From Phaeosaccion multiseriatum (lineage: Eukaryota > Protista > Ochrophyta, other classes), in the NCBI GenBank assembly GCA_965112735.1, contig OZ218956.1:2232001-2296000 (forward strand): 64,000 nt of DNA, given 5' to 3'. The notes beneath the pieces were generated by a model. That model was not told where the DNA came from and did no database searches. It was given only the letters and a program-made list of their open reading frames with translations. Of the stretch, positions 36,990 through 49,035 are shown piece by piece. The translations under genes and the position numbers were made by a program. Every line of letters begins with the position of its first letter. Position 1 is the stretch's first letter.

Positions 36990-37770
36990 TGGTGCTGCTT
37001 CTGCTGCTGCTGCTGCTGCCGCTGCTGCTGCTGCTTCTCTCTTGGATACGGTGCTCCGCATTGCACTAATTAGCTTGGCCGGAGTGGGTACAAGGCCGCC
37101 TTGCCCCCCCCTAGGACGCTTTCGCGACTCTCTATCCGATGGTTAAAGTCCAGGGTGGACGTCGCTCGCCTAGAGCCTCTGCTCTTCTTCACTCAGCATT
37201 CCTTCACAATCGCTTCTCTCGGTCGTTATAAGAAATGGTGAAGGAATCAAGCCAATTTCGTTTTGCCGGCGCTCAGCTGCATTGAGCTGCCAAGAGGATA
37301 CCTCCTCGGTTCTTCTCTCTCGGCGACGATAACGGTTGAGGCGACCCTCTGGAGCTGCTACGCGGCTTCAGTCAGCAATGGTCTGCCCTCGCAGAGGAGC
37401 GCAACAGAATCAATTCATTTATTATTTAGTTGTTGGGTCCGACGGCGGCGCATTGCCCTTTTTGCGGCCGCAGAGTTTTTCAGTTGGAGTTTTTCCTCTG
37501 GGGGGGTTGTGACAGGCTGCTTCCCCGACCGTGCCCCAACACCTTTCCTCCCATTCCCCTCTTATGTGCCCACAGCCAGCCATACCTAGCTAGGTAGTAC
37601 ATGAGATGGAAAAAATGATAGAGCCGGGGAACGAAGAAGTCAAGAAGAAGTGAAAAAAAATCTGTTGAGGGGGGTTTCTCGCCCATCCACAGCCGGCGAG
37701 TGGTGGCACGGTTAGGCTTTTTTGCACCAACAGCCACGCCAGCAGTTTCACTGACGGGGGCGCCCGCCCG

Positions 37771-38006
37771 TCGACCGTGGACAAGATTATCTGATTACTG
37801 ATTACGGCCGGCTGGGTGACCGGGGCGGCCGGCGCCAGCCGGCCTGATTACTGATTATGGCGCCAGCCCGAGGAAATGGCCTGCGCCAGCCGGCCTGGTT
37901 GCTGATTACAGCCGGTGACCAGCGGCCTGATTACTGATTATGCGCCAGCCGGGGGCTGATTACTGATTACGGCCGGCGCACACCGTAATCTTGTGTCCAG
38001 GGTCGA
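37771..38006 (+). mobile_element. MITE-like element type C, copy 2
   Basis: Ends TCGACCGTGGACAAGATTA / TAATCTTGTGTCCAGGGTCGA. GCCCG on both flanks. Repeated CTGATTACTGATTA + GGCGCCAGCC units. Confidence 0.85.
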
Positions 38007-38080
38007 GCCCGGGCATGATCGGCCAAGCCGCCGGTTGCGTCGGCATCAACGATACGTGGGAAAAGCAGCCAGAGTCATAT

Positions 38081-38147
38081 CCGATAGCGGATAGCGGATC
38101 GGCTGGCGCCGGCGATAGCGGATAGCGGATAGTGCATCAGGGGTTGA
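38081..38147 (-). mobile_element. Truncated inverted copy of the type D element
   Basis: (GATAGCG)n and GGCTGGCGCCGG, then a decayed end GTGCATCAGGGGTTGA versus GTGCGTCAGGGGTCGA in the intact copy. Confidence 0.75.
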
Positions 38148-38854
38148 GAGCGATGGGCGCACTGCCTGACCGAGGGAACGAAGAAACGAGGGGTGTGCTG
38201 GCTGCAGCGCAGTTGAAATATTCCCCTCTCCTCTTTTCGTCGCTCTGCCTGGCCTGCCTCGCTCTCCCTTCTCTGACTGCCTGCCTGCCGGCCGGAGCCA
38301 GCCAACCAGCTCCAGTTGCAGTCCAGAGCAGGAGCAGGCAGCTACCCTTGCTAGTGACCACTACCAGTCAGGGACACTAGTAGGGGAAGGGGCTGAGCGA
38401 GGAAAGAAGGTAAGAACAAGGAAGGGATGGGGCCTTGGATTGGAATGGGCCTGCCTGTTCTAGTAGTTGTTGAACAATGCTATGCATGGAGAACCAACAA
38501 ACCAATGTAAAAATATGCGATTCATGTACCTCTCTACGCTCCTACGCTCCTCTTCTCTCCCATCTATTTCTCTCTTTCTACTCTCTCTCAACTAAATAAA
38601 TAAACCTTGTTTTAATCCCAGCCCCGCACCCCTCTTGTCGTGAGAGGTGATGCCCTCACTCCCCTCACGCCCCCCACCCACGCCCCCCTCTCTCTTCTAC
38701 TCGGCCACTCGGGCCATTCGATAGCTGCTCCGACATCGCCCCCCTGACTCCTCCCATAAATACCCTGTGGGGCTGCTGCCTACCACGTGAAGAAGCCTCG
38801 TAGTAGTGCTAAGCAAGAAAGCAAGCAAGTAAGTACGTACATCCACCCTGCTCT

Positions 38855-41800
38855 CTACTTCTTCGTCGGGTCGATATTGCTGCCGCTGGACGGATCGTCG
38901 ATTCGAACCGGAGCTCCGAACATACCTCCGAAGAGCCCCCCCGTGGAGGGTTGAGGGGAAGGCGCCTTTGCTGGAGCTGGGGCTGGTGTTGACGCTGCTG
39001 CTGACTTGGGTTTGGCCTTCTCCGCTGCAGCTTGCTGTGCCGCCCGCTTCTTCTCCTTCGCTGCTTCAGCCAACGCCTGCCGCTTCGCCTCGGCCGCCTC
39101 CTTCTTCTGCTGCGCTGCATCAGCTATGGCCTGCTTCTTCGCTCGAAGCTCCTCCTCCTTCCTCTGCTTCAGCTCTACGGCCTGCTGCTTCTTCGCTGCT
39201 GCCGCATCAGCCAATGCCTTCTTCTTCGCTGCTGCATCATTCACACCAGACGATGCAGGTGACTCATCGTTTGGCGCTGCTGCGAAGCCAGGCACTGCTC
39301 GGGTGATCATCTCAGCGAAGGATGGGGAACGGGGGCGTTCAGGAGCCGGAGCAGGGGCACGCACAGGAGGGGCCGAACGGGATGGTACCGGTGATGGAGA
39401 CCTTGACGCCGCTGCTTGCTTCTTCTTCTCGGCCTCGGCCTCCCTCTTCTCCTTCAGCTCTGCGGCCTGCTGCTTCTTTGCCTGAGCTGCTTCTGCCAAC
39501 GCCTTCTTCTTAGCCTCGGCCGCCTCCTTCTTTTGCTGCGCTGCATCAGCCAACGCCTGCTTCTTGGCTCGAAGCTCCTCCTCCTTCCTCTGCTTCAGCT
39601 CTGCGGCCTGCTGCTTCTTTGCCTGAGCTGCCTCAGCTAACGCCTTTTTCTTCGCCTCAGCCGCCTCCTTCTTCTGCTGCGCTGCATCAGCTATGGCCTG
39701 CTTCTTGGCTCGAAGCTCCTCCTCCTTCCTCTGCTTCAGCTCTGCGGCCTGCTGCCTCTTTGCCTGAGCTGCATAAGCCAACGCTTTCTTTTTCGCCTCG
39801 GCCGCCTCCTTCCTGAGCCTTATCCCCTCGGCAACTCTGTCCTTCTGCGCCTGCAACGCGTTTGCCTTTGCTGATGCAGCATCCACCTCCTGCTTCCCTG
39901 CTGCCCCCAAAGCCTGCTTCAACTGCTGGGCCTTGTTCCGCTTCTTTCTGTCATCCTTCTCCGCTTGCTTCTTGGCCTCGTCCTTCTGTAACTGTAGCCT
40001 TTCGGCCTTGGCCTTAGCCGCCCGCGCAGCCTCTCTCTGCTTCCTCTCTGCGATCACAGCTAGTTTCTGCCTTTTCGCCTCTGCTGCCCTCGAAGCCTGG
40101 GTCTGCTTTCTTGACATGGCCTTGGCAGGGGAAGCAGATGCCGCTGCTTTGGGCGGCGAAGGGGGAGCAGCAGCACCACGAACGCCCTCGGCTTGGGTCG
40201 ATGGGGCGGCTGTCTTTATCTCTGTCGGAGCCGCACCAACGACAGGGCGTTGGGAGGGTGTTGTTGGTGCTGACGCAGATGATGCTGCTGCTGCTTCTGC
40301 GTCTGCTTCGGCGGGTGCGGGTGGCTTGCTTGGCGTTGCCGTCTTTGCTGAAGAGGCTCCAGAGTCGAAGAGAGAGAGGACAGGCTCTGGGATCTTCGCC
40401 TTGACGGAGTCCACTGCTCCGTCCACGGTCTGTTGAGTGTTGGACGTTGAGGCAGGGTTTGGTTGGATGGGCGACCAACGGGGAGATTGGGGAGGCAGCG
40501 GGGAGGAGTGGCAGAGAGAGAGAGAGAGAGAAGGAAAGGTGGGTGCACTGAGCAAGGTGGCTTCCTTCTTTCCTTCCTTCTTTCATTGGAGGCATACGGA
40601 CGAGTGGAGGAGGCAACTTGGGGGAGGGGGGGTTTGCTTTGCCCCTCCTCTCCTCCGCAACCCGCACGAGCGAGCACACCTCACCCACGCATCACGCACA
40701 CACATATACACACACCCACGCGCCCACGCACCCACGCACCTAACCCTCCACCCCCACCCTCATCCTCACCTTCTGCGCTTGAGTGGCAGCTTTGGAGGGC
40801 AGCTTCTGGGCCTCTGCAGACAAGTCGCTGGCCTTGAGGGACAAGAGCTTCTGAACAGAGCCCGGGATGGCCTTTACGTCCGCCACTTTCGCTTCGACTG
40901 CCTCGGTTGTCGCCGCCACCTTCGCTTCGACGGCCTCGGTTGTCGACTGAAAGATGGAGAGAGGGAGGGATGGCAGTGGATGAATGAGGGGACATGCCGG
41001 GGCAAGGGAGAGGGAGAGAGACCTCTTGAATGGTTTCGGATAGCTCGCGAGAGTCTGCACCATGCGAGGCCAAAATGAAGGAGGGAAGAGAGGGTAGGTG
41101 CGGTGCCCCAGCTCCACACTCGATTGAGTTCTCTACGATTCATGTGATGGCACACCCCTCGCTCCGCCTCGCCTCGCCTCGCCTCGACTCGACTCTTCTC
41201 AACCAGCGAACCTGTTGGGCCTTTTTGATGCTCTCGGCGATGGATGCCTTGGTGTTTTCGGGTAAGGCCTTGATGCTTGCCACAGTGTCGTCCGCCTTTT
41301 GCTTCAGGCCTGCTTGCGTGTCCTCCGCCTTCTTCTTCAGGGCGGCTTGAATGTTCACCGGAATGGCCTAAATACATCAACATCATCATACCGGGCAAGC
41401 AAGAGGGTGGCACGCCGCAAAGAAAGGAAAACAACGACAACGGACATGAGATGAGCATCCAGACAGAAATGATGTGTATCGCCCCTTCTCCCCTCCTCCC
41501 CTCCTCTCGTTCTCTCCTCCGCCCTTCCTATAAGGCTACAGGTCGATAAAGCCGTGAGACACTATACTCCTTGCTCTCTCCTCCTCCTCCTCCTCCTCCT
41601 CCTCCTCCTCCTCCTCCTCCCCCTCCTCTTTTTCCTCTCCTCTTCGTCCCCCTCTTCTTCCTCTTCCGGTTCGTCCTCCTCGTCCTCCCCCCCCCCCCTC
41701 CTCCTCCTCCTCCTCCTCTTCCTCTACACTCTACTTCTTGCTATCTCCTCCTCATTCTCCTCTTGTTTCCTCTTCCCCCTCCTCTTCCTCCTGCTCCTCC

Positions 41801-43649
41801 TCCTCCTCCTCCTCCTCAGAAAAGAGCGCATCTTCCAAGTACTCTTCTCTCTCTTGCCTCCACCTCTCTCACCTTGATGGAAGCCACGGTATCCTCAACC
41901 TTCTTCTGAGCCGAGGCCGCTGCGCTCTCTACTGCGTTGGTGGCTGCGTCCGTGATGCCCTTCCCTGTCGCCAGACTCGTCTGACCCAAGACACTCCTCG
42001 TCACCTCTCCCACCTGGGATGGATGAGTATTAAGATATGACATCAACGCCACATAAGAGGGGATCAGGGGTCAACGCACTGCCCCATCCGATGGTTTGTG
42101 GCGTGGGAGGAGGGCACAAGCCCGTGTCTCTACCTCTTCTTTCCCTCTCCCATTTCTCTCGGAGCAAAAGTCCCGTTCAAATCTTTGCCCAACACACACA
42201 TGAAATGCTCCGAAGCCATGGAAACGGAAGGTTCATTCCTTCCGTCTGTCGGCGCCGGTGGTCACCCGCGCTTGACATGATCCTCTCCCTCTCTCCCTCT
42301 CCCTCTCCCCCTCCCCCTCTGTCTGCAGTGTCCCCATCACCCTCTCCCTCTCGGTCTGTCGTGTCCCGGTTCTCCCTCAATCCCTCTCCTCCTCCCTCAA
42401 CACATGCCCTCACCCCCAAAATTCAAATTCCAACTCACCTGCCCTGGCTGCTGAGCCGCTACATACGCAATGCCTCCCAGAGCCACCGCCCCCACCGGGG
42501 ATGCCCAAGGAGCACCCCCCCCCGCGAAGGCCCCATCGGCTAATCCTCCCGCCACGAGTCCGACGGTTGCCGCCCCTGCCGCTGATGCGTACGTGAGTGT
42601 CTGCTTCTCCTGGACGGCGGCCACCTTGGCATTTGCCTCTTGCTGAGCCTGCTGCTGAGCCTGCTGAACCTTTTCGCTCTTCTGGGCCTTCCGGCGGGCG
42701 GCCTCGCTCTCCTCCTTCTTTGAAATGACAGCCTCGAGTTTGCTTTGGTCGATCTCACCTTTTTGTTTTTGGGGTGTGTGAGTTGTGGCGCGTAAGGGGA
42801 GGGGGAGGGGACCGAAGAGAAGGAGGAGTCGGTGGAGGGGAGGGAAGAACAGTAGGGAGTGTGGAATAGGATAAGTCGGGGCGGGCTTTAGAGATGGCAG
42901 ACATTGCTCCTACGGTCTGTTCAACACATCACAGCATTTGCGTATGTTCCTGCCCCGATGAGGCTGTATATCCCTTCCAAAGGAACTCAACGCGTGCGCC
43001 CGCACCCGCTCACCTCTTGCGAACTTTGACACTGCCTCCTTCACGGAGTCGTCCCCGTCATCGCCACCCCCGGCACCCGCACTCAGGGGAGTGAGACCAC
43101 AGTTGTATGTAGGTATCCTCCTAATGCCAAAGGGGTCCAGAGAGAGAGGGAGAGAGATATAGAGATAGAGAGAAAGTAAAGCGGGGAAGGAGGAGAGAGA
43201 GGGAGAGAGAGAAGAAGGGAAGGAGGTGAGAGGAGGAGCCAATGCGAGTGAGCACATGACGATAGGGGAGTTGGAGGAAAGGAAGGAGTATATGATCCCC
43301 ATCGCACAATGTGCTTTCCCTTTCATTTCCTTCTGCAATAATGAGCATCATCGAAGAGACAAAGTCCAAAGCCACATATGCTGTTCGTGTTATCTCCCAA
43401 TTGGCTCTGCTTTGCCTTCGCAGCCTCCATAGCCCCTCCCCCTCTCCTCCTTCCCTTTCCTCCCTCCCCTCTCCTCTCGTACCTGCTGCCACCCTGTAGC
43501 TCCTTCTGCTGCGGTTGCGGCCGTCTTGCTGACCGCCCTCCAATTGTAGAACTGGCAGCATGCCGAGGCAAACCCCTCCCCCCAGGCGAAAGGTTAAAGC
43601 CCTCGCCGGGCACTGCGAGAAGCACCGCGAGGAGAAAAGCTGGCCTCAT
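38855..43649 (-). CDS. Plastid-targeted membrane-anchored Ala/Lys/Gln-rich coiled-coil repeat protein; exons ~43649-43482, 43120-43014, 42758-42439, 42013-41873, 41367-41212, 40946-40770, 40429-38855
   Basis: Signal MRPAFLLAVLLAVPGEG-FNL plus transit peptide. Gly/Ala hydrophobic hairpin, amphipathic (V/T)ASIKA(I/L)P repeats, 40-aa/120-bp repeats AEAKKKALA…KQRKEEELRAKKQA. Junctions are in phase. Confidence 0.8.
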
Positions 43650-43853
43650 TTTTTCTTTATAATTGGATCTGATTCAACCGCTGCACAACGGCAACCACTA
43701 ACGCACCCCTCTAAACCACCATTCCAGCAGATATGTAAGGGCAGAGCAGGCGGCTGAGCAAAAAAAAAAAAAAATCGCGGCTGGACGCATACGTCGTCCC
43801 ATGACTTATGAAATATATGTATATGATTACGTAATTTATTTCCCACTTGTCCG

Positions 43854-44117
43854 TCGGCCCTCGACAAGGTTACAGTGTGCACAAATTAGTTAGATCAGTA
43901 ACAATAATCAGGCCGGCCGGCGCCAAGAATCAGTAATCAGGCCGGCTGGTGCCGGTCATAATCAGTAATCAGACCCGGCTGGCACCGGCCATAATCAGTA
44001 ATCAGGCCCGGCTGGCGCCATAATCAGTAATCAGGCCGGCTGGCGCCGGCTGCAATCAGTAATCATGCCGGCTGCGCCGGCCGTAATCAGTAATCAGATA
44101 ACCTTGTCCAGGGCCGA
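43854..44117 (-). mobile_element. MITE-like element type C, copy 3 (inverted; variant TIR)
   Basis: TCGGCCCTCGACAAGGTTA / TAACCTTGTCCAGGGCCGA (18/19). About 6-7 units of TAATCAGTAATCAGGCCGGCTGGCGCC. Confidence 0.85.
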
Positions 44118-44128
44118 TCGGACGAGGA

Positions 44129-44213
44129 TCGGCCCCTGAGGCGACCTCGCCAGCGGGCCAGGTTCCAGGTTACTGGGCTGGGTCGCCTCAGAACCTTGTC
44201 AGTCAGGGGCCGA
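44129..44213. mobile_element. 85-bp MITE-like element type E
   Basis: TIR TCGGCCCCTGA, exact 7-bp flanking direct repeat ACGAGGA, internal CCAGGTTCCAGGTT doublet. Confidence 0.75.
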
Positions 44214-44650
44214 ACGAGGAGGCATTGTGCGGCACCTTTTTATTTCCTTTCCTTCTTTTTTTTTATGATGTGGTGTCATGACTATGATACAAAGGCATCT
44301 ATCTTGCCCAATAAAAAGAATAACCCCGCCTCTAACTGACCCTCTCCTCTGCTCCGTTTGGAGCGTGTATCCCTCCCTCCCGCCTCTCTGGTCTCGTCTC
44401 TTGCAGCTCCAAGCCACAGGACTTCGATACCCCCCCAATCACACGTTCTCCCTCGGGCATAGCCCGGGGAAGAGTCTCGTCCCACACTTCCTACCTCCCT
44501 CCCTCCCTGCCCCCTCCCTGCCTCCCTCCCTTCCACACACACACACACGGTTCCACATGCTCACACACACACACACACGTACACACACACGTCTTCTCGC
44601 TTCTGCCGGTCGGGGCCCTACCCGTCCATTCCTTCACTAAAAAACAGCCC

Positions 44651-45173
44651 TTACAGCGCCCCCCCAAACTGCTCCCGGTGCTGCTGCTCGTACTGCTGCT
44701 GCTGATGCCGATACTGCTGCTGATGCTCCTCGAGTTGCTGCTGAGGGGTCTTTACTTCAAGCTTATCAAGCATCTGCAGGCACTTCGCTGCTGAAGGCCG
44801 CGTGGTTGCATCTCCAGACCAACACAGCTCCACAATGCGGGTCACCTCGGGGGGAATCTTGACGGGTATCTTGGGCCTCAAATCCCCATTCACCACCCCA
44901 CGCACGAATCCCGCCTCCTCCATTCCCTCGAACGGGCGTCGCAGGGTTCTGTGGGTGGTGGGAGAGAGAGACATGCACACGGGGGCATACCGTAACACAC
45001 AGGCAGGCAGCGAGTCAAGTGAAGGACAAGTGGAGCGAGGCTTGGTGACGGTGGTGATGACTGCCGTGCATGCATCTATCCACCCTTGTAACCCTCCTCC
45101 CTTCCCTTCCTTACTTCGACCCTCACAGCTGTTCCTCGTTTCGTCCTCTGCCGTGTACAGACAAGACACACAC

Positions 45174-45218
<45 letters not shown>

Positions 45219-45528
45219 TGTCCCTCCATCCAGACAGACAGTCAAGACTCCACTCACATCATCTCCCACAGAATGAGCCCGAAGGAGAAAATGTCCGACT
45301 TCTCGTTGTACCGCTCGTGCCGGGCCACCTCCGGAGCCATGTACCGCATGGAGCCTGTCTCTCCGGTCATGCTGTACAGTTCATCTGAGCCTCTGCGCTC
45401 CACGAGTCGAGCGAGGCCGAAGTCCATGAGCTTCAGGGTGCGGCTGTGGAAGGGGGAGGGGACAGGAGGGGAGGTTGGGAGTGGAGGTCAGGAAGAAGAA
45501 GCGCAACAACAACGACGACAACACTACC

Positions 45529-45559
<31 letters not shown>

Positions 45560-47173
45560 GAGAGAAGGGGGGCGGGGGGGCCGATTGGGCAAAAGGAGAA
45601 GGGGGAGGGCAGACCTGAGTGGGCCGGCCTCGGTACCCACCCAACCAACCAAACGACCCACCAACCAACAAACCAACAACTAAACGTACGCGTGAAGTGA
45701 GAAGCCGATATTGACGGGCTTGATGTCTCGGTGCAGCAACATAACGTTGGGGTGTGCCTTTGCATGCATGTAGTCCAGAGCGCTCGCCAACTCCTTGGCT
45801 CTATGCACGGCTGAGCTGAGAGGGAACTGCTTAAGCAGCTGCCGCCTCTTGACCGTGGTGGCGAGGTTCTCTACCTGAGAGGCCTCTGTGCCGAGGACAT
45901 GGGCCAGAGTATCCCTCGAAAGGCGCTCCAACACTATGAATCTGTTGAGTGGGTTGGGTGGGTGGGGTGGCAATGTGTTGGTTGGGTAGCGGTGTGTTGG
46001 TTTGGGTGTTTCGAGGATGAGGTTTAGGGTTAGGTTCCAAGAGGAGCAGGAAATGGAAGGATGTGTGTGTTGGGGGTGGGGGACACGCCATCATATCAAG
46101 GGGGTTCGCTCGAGAAGACATGCAGCAACAGGCAGAAACCTTAGCACTTCGCTCACTCAACTACACCACTCCCTCACTCACCCACTCTCTTCCTATACTC
46201 ACTCAACTCATTCACCACCCGCCCACTCCCTCCCTCCCTCACCCACAAACCCACTCACTTCGTTCTCTCTATTTCCTCAATCAATCACTCCCGCAACCCA
46301 GTGAGATCTCTCAATCCCTCACTCACCTGTGTGGGGCATGGCCTGCCCCAACGAGGGTAACAATGTTCTCATGCCTGAGGCCCTTGAGGATCTCCAGCTC
46401 CGTCTCCAGATCGTGGAGCGTCTCCTCTATGCACGGGATGTCCAGACGCGCGGACTGGGAGAGAGACACAAAGACAGACAGAGAGACAGAAGACAGGGAG
46501 ACAGACAGGGGACGGAGGGATGAAGGGCCAGCGTAGGGAGGCAGAGCACCACGAAGCAAAGGCGATCAAAGAGAGACGATATGGGTCACAAAAAGGAGAA
46601 ATTTGGGTAGGAATTAGCAGCCGAGAGGGCGGTCTAGTGGTGGGGAGGTTGTCGTGAACATGCATGAGAGGAAAACGGCTTGAGCTGGTGCATGGCGGTA
46701 GACAGTGAAGAAAACACCCCAACCAAACTTCCGAGTGCGAGAGGAAAGGATCCCCAAGTGGGAAAACTAGCTTAGCCAGTAGCATCAATGCACACACACA
46801 GCAGGCCAGCAGGGGGGATGAACAGCCAGTGCGACGTCAAAAAACAACACCATAGCGACCGACTGACCTTGACTACGATGTGCTCGCCGTTCCTCGTCCC
46901 TCTATACACTGTACAAAACCCCCCATCGGCGAGGTGCTTCAGCGGCCGAAGGTGCGTGAGCTGTATCGCAAGGTCGGGAACCCGGTCTTCTGGCGGTATC
47001 CTTGGCTGTCCCAGCTGCGCCGTGCTAGCAGTGCTCTCCCCCGTTGGTAACCCTCCTTCCGTCACGCTCACAGAGCCGTCTTCCTCCTCCCCTTCCGCCT
47101 CATGGACACCCCCTCGAGTGCGCGACGAAGACGCAGAGGACACGAGCTCACTCTTGCTGGCGCACTGCCCCAT
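44651..47173 (-). CDS. TKL-group protein kinase with N-terminal MGQC (predicted myristoylation/palmitoylation); 5 exons
   Basis: LADGGFCTVYRG, VVK, LRHENIVTLVG, LHRDIKPVNIGF, LKLMDFGLAR, MTGETGSMRYMAPEV, YNEKSDIFSFG, CWSGDATTRPS. Confidence 0.92.
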
Positions 47174-47603
47174 TCCCTCCTGCCCACCTTGCCTAGATTG
47201 CCTCGCCCGAGGCGCCCGAGGCAGCCACCAGGCGTGGCGCCGCCGGGCGAACGGCTTCTTCAAAGTATTAATGCTCTATCAAGATGCATGGCAGCCCGGG
47301 TGGGTAAGAAAGAAAGAAGGAAAGGTCTGAGGAGACCCCAGAGTGGGTAAAGGCCCAGGCTGGACCTGCGTCGCTGCTAGGCGTGGGCCAAAACGACTGG
47401 TATACTGATGCTGTGCGTTCTGGGTGTTGTGTTACGTAAAGCTAAAGCTTCAGAAAGCCGGAGATGATACATTGGAGCGGCCAGGGCTGTGTGAGAAGCG
47501 CAAACTCTTATTAACCGTGACGGGAGCCGGCTCTGGCTCCCCACTCGGCCCGGATTTTGGAGATTCTGTGACAGAATCAAATCAAATAGGAAAGGAAAGA
47601 CAA

Positions 47604-49035
47604 ATGGAAATGGAGGAGGAGCGTATAAGAGCCCGCTTGAGGTGCCTGATGATTCAGGTATTTTTCAATCCGTGATCAAGAGGTCATGAACCCTTCGAAG
47701 CTGAGGTTGTTGTTGTCTGTCCCGCCCCTTCCTCTTCGCTCTTCGTCCTCTTGCTCAGCCCCCTTCCTTCTCGGACACTCGGTCTATGCTGAACTGCCTC
47801 GAGGTGCTTATCAAAGAGTACAGCGACAAACAGAGAGCGGAGGCAGCAGCGGCGGCGACCCACTCCAAGAGGAAGCTCCGGAAGCACGGCAGGCACTGGG
47901 AGGATGAGCACGGCGGCCTTGGCGATGAGGCGTGGGCCAACAGCGTCTTTGACCTGACTGCCTCCTCCTCCTCCAGTCCCAGCGCCTCAGCAGATGAAGC
48001 CGCTTGCAAGGTGAGCGTATGACATGATGTGCATCGGAAAAAACGTTGAGAGCCGAAGTGCCGTAGTGGTGGGGCAGGTGGTGATGGTTCCTTGGCCGGG
48101 CGAGCGAAGAAGGGTTTTATCGGTAGTTCAAAGATGAGGTGGAAGGGAGAATTAGAGGGTGGGGGTGGACGGAGGGACGGACGAGACAAGAGGGAGGAGG
48201 AGGGAAGAGGAGAGGGTATTAAGCGTAACAAAATGCCTCGCGCGGCTTTCCTCGCCCACCAACCACAGGAGCTTAGGGCCCAGTGCGACTATTATGACAG
48301 CGAGCTCGACAGCGTGAGGCACGCCCTGCGCATCGCCAACCTGCAGACTGCACACCGAGGGCCCCTCCCGCCCTCGTTGGACGACGTGACGGAGCTGCTA
48401 GACCACCTTCGAAAGAAGACCAGCAACAGCAGCAGCAGCAGCAGCAGCCCGCACCATGAGTACGAGGGGGAGGGGCAACAAGGTGGGCTTGGGGGGAAGG
48501 GGAGTAAAGAGCAGCAGCACCAGGTGTGGCGGGGGGCGGCAGGTAGAAGGGGGAATGTGAAGAGTGCGTCGAGAAGAGGGTGAAGTTACAGTGCGGTAGC
48601 AGCAGCAGCAGCAACGAGGTCGCCTACTTGGGATGAAGAGGGTTTTGTAGTGTTACGCACCCCAGGAAAGGGAGAAAAAGGGGGGAAGCCCCTCTCTTCT
48701 CTGTCCATCTCGGGAGCTGAGGGCAGAGGTTTTCTTCAAAGCAAGTGCTATTGATTGAGTGCTTGCGGTACGACGACCACGAAGCCTTGAGGCATAGAGA
48801 GCAATCACTCTCGCTCTACCTGACCCGGCGCCCCTTTACGCCTCACACTCCACCCCACCAGCTAGTCCATCTTGTGCAAGTGCAGCAGAGCGGAGGCTTC
48901 CGTATGCGAGGGGTGCAGGTCCAGAGCAGCCTGCAGCAACAGCAGTTGGTGATACAGCAGCAGCGACAGGGGTATTCGGTGAGGCGGGCGACGGGGGTTG
49001 GAACGCACAAGGCAATGCATCAGCAGCAGCATTAG
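47604..49035 (+). CDS. Hypothetical protein (exons ~47604-47657, 47759-48010, 48269-48523, last exon uncertain)
   Basis: Phase-0 GT-AG joins MEMEEERIRARLRCLMIQ|PPSFSDTRSMLNCLEVL…ACK|ELRAQCDYYDSEL. No known domain, and the 3' end is ambiguous. Confidence 0.5.

Noticed and set aside
43900-44100. CRISPR array in the ~27-31 bp TAATCAG repeats (also 37790-37980)
   Set aside because: Units are contiguous and degenerate with no unique spacers. They are bounded by TIRs, no cas genes are present, and the context is eukaryotic.
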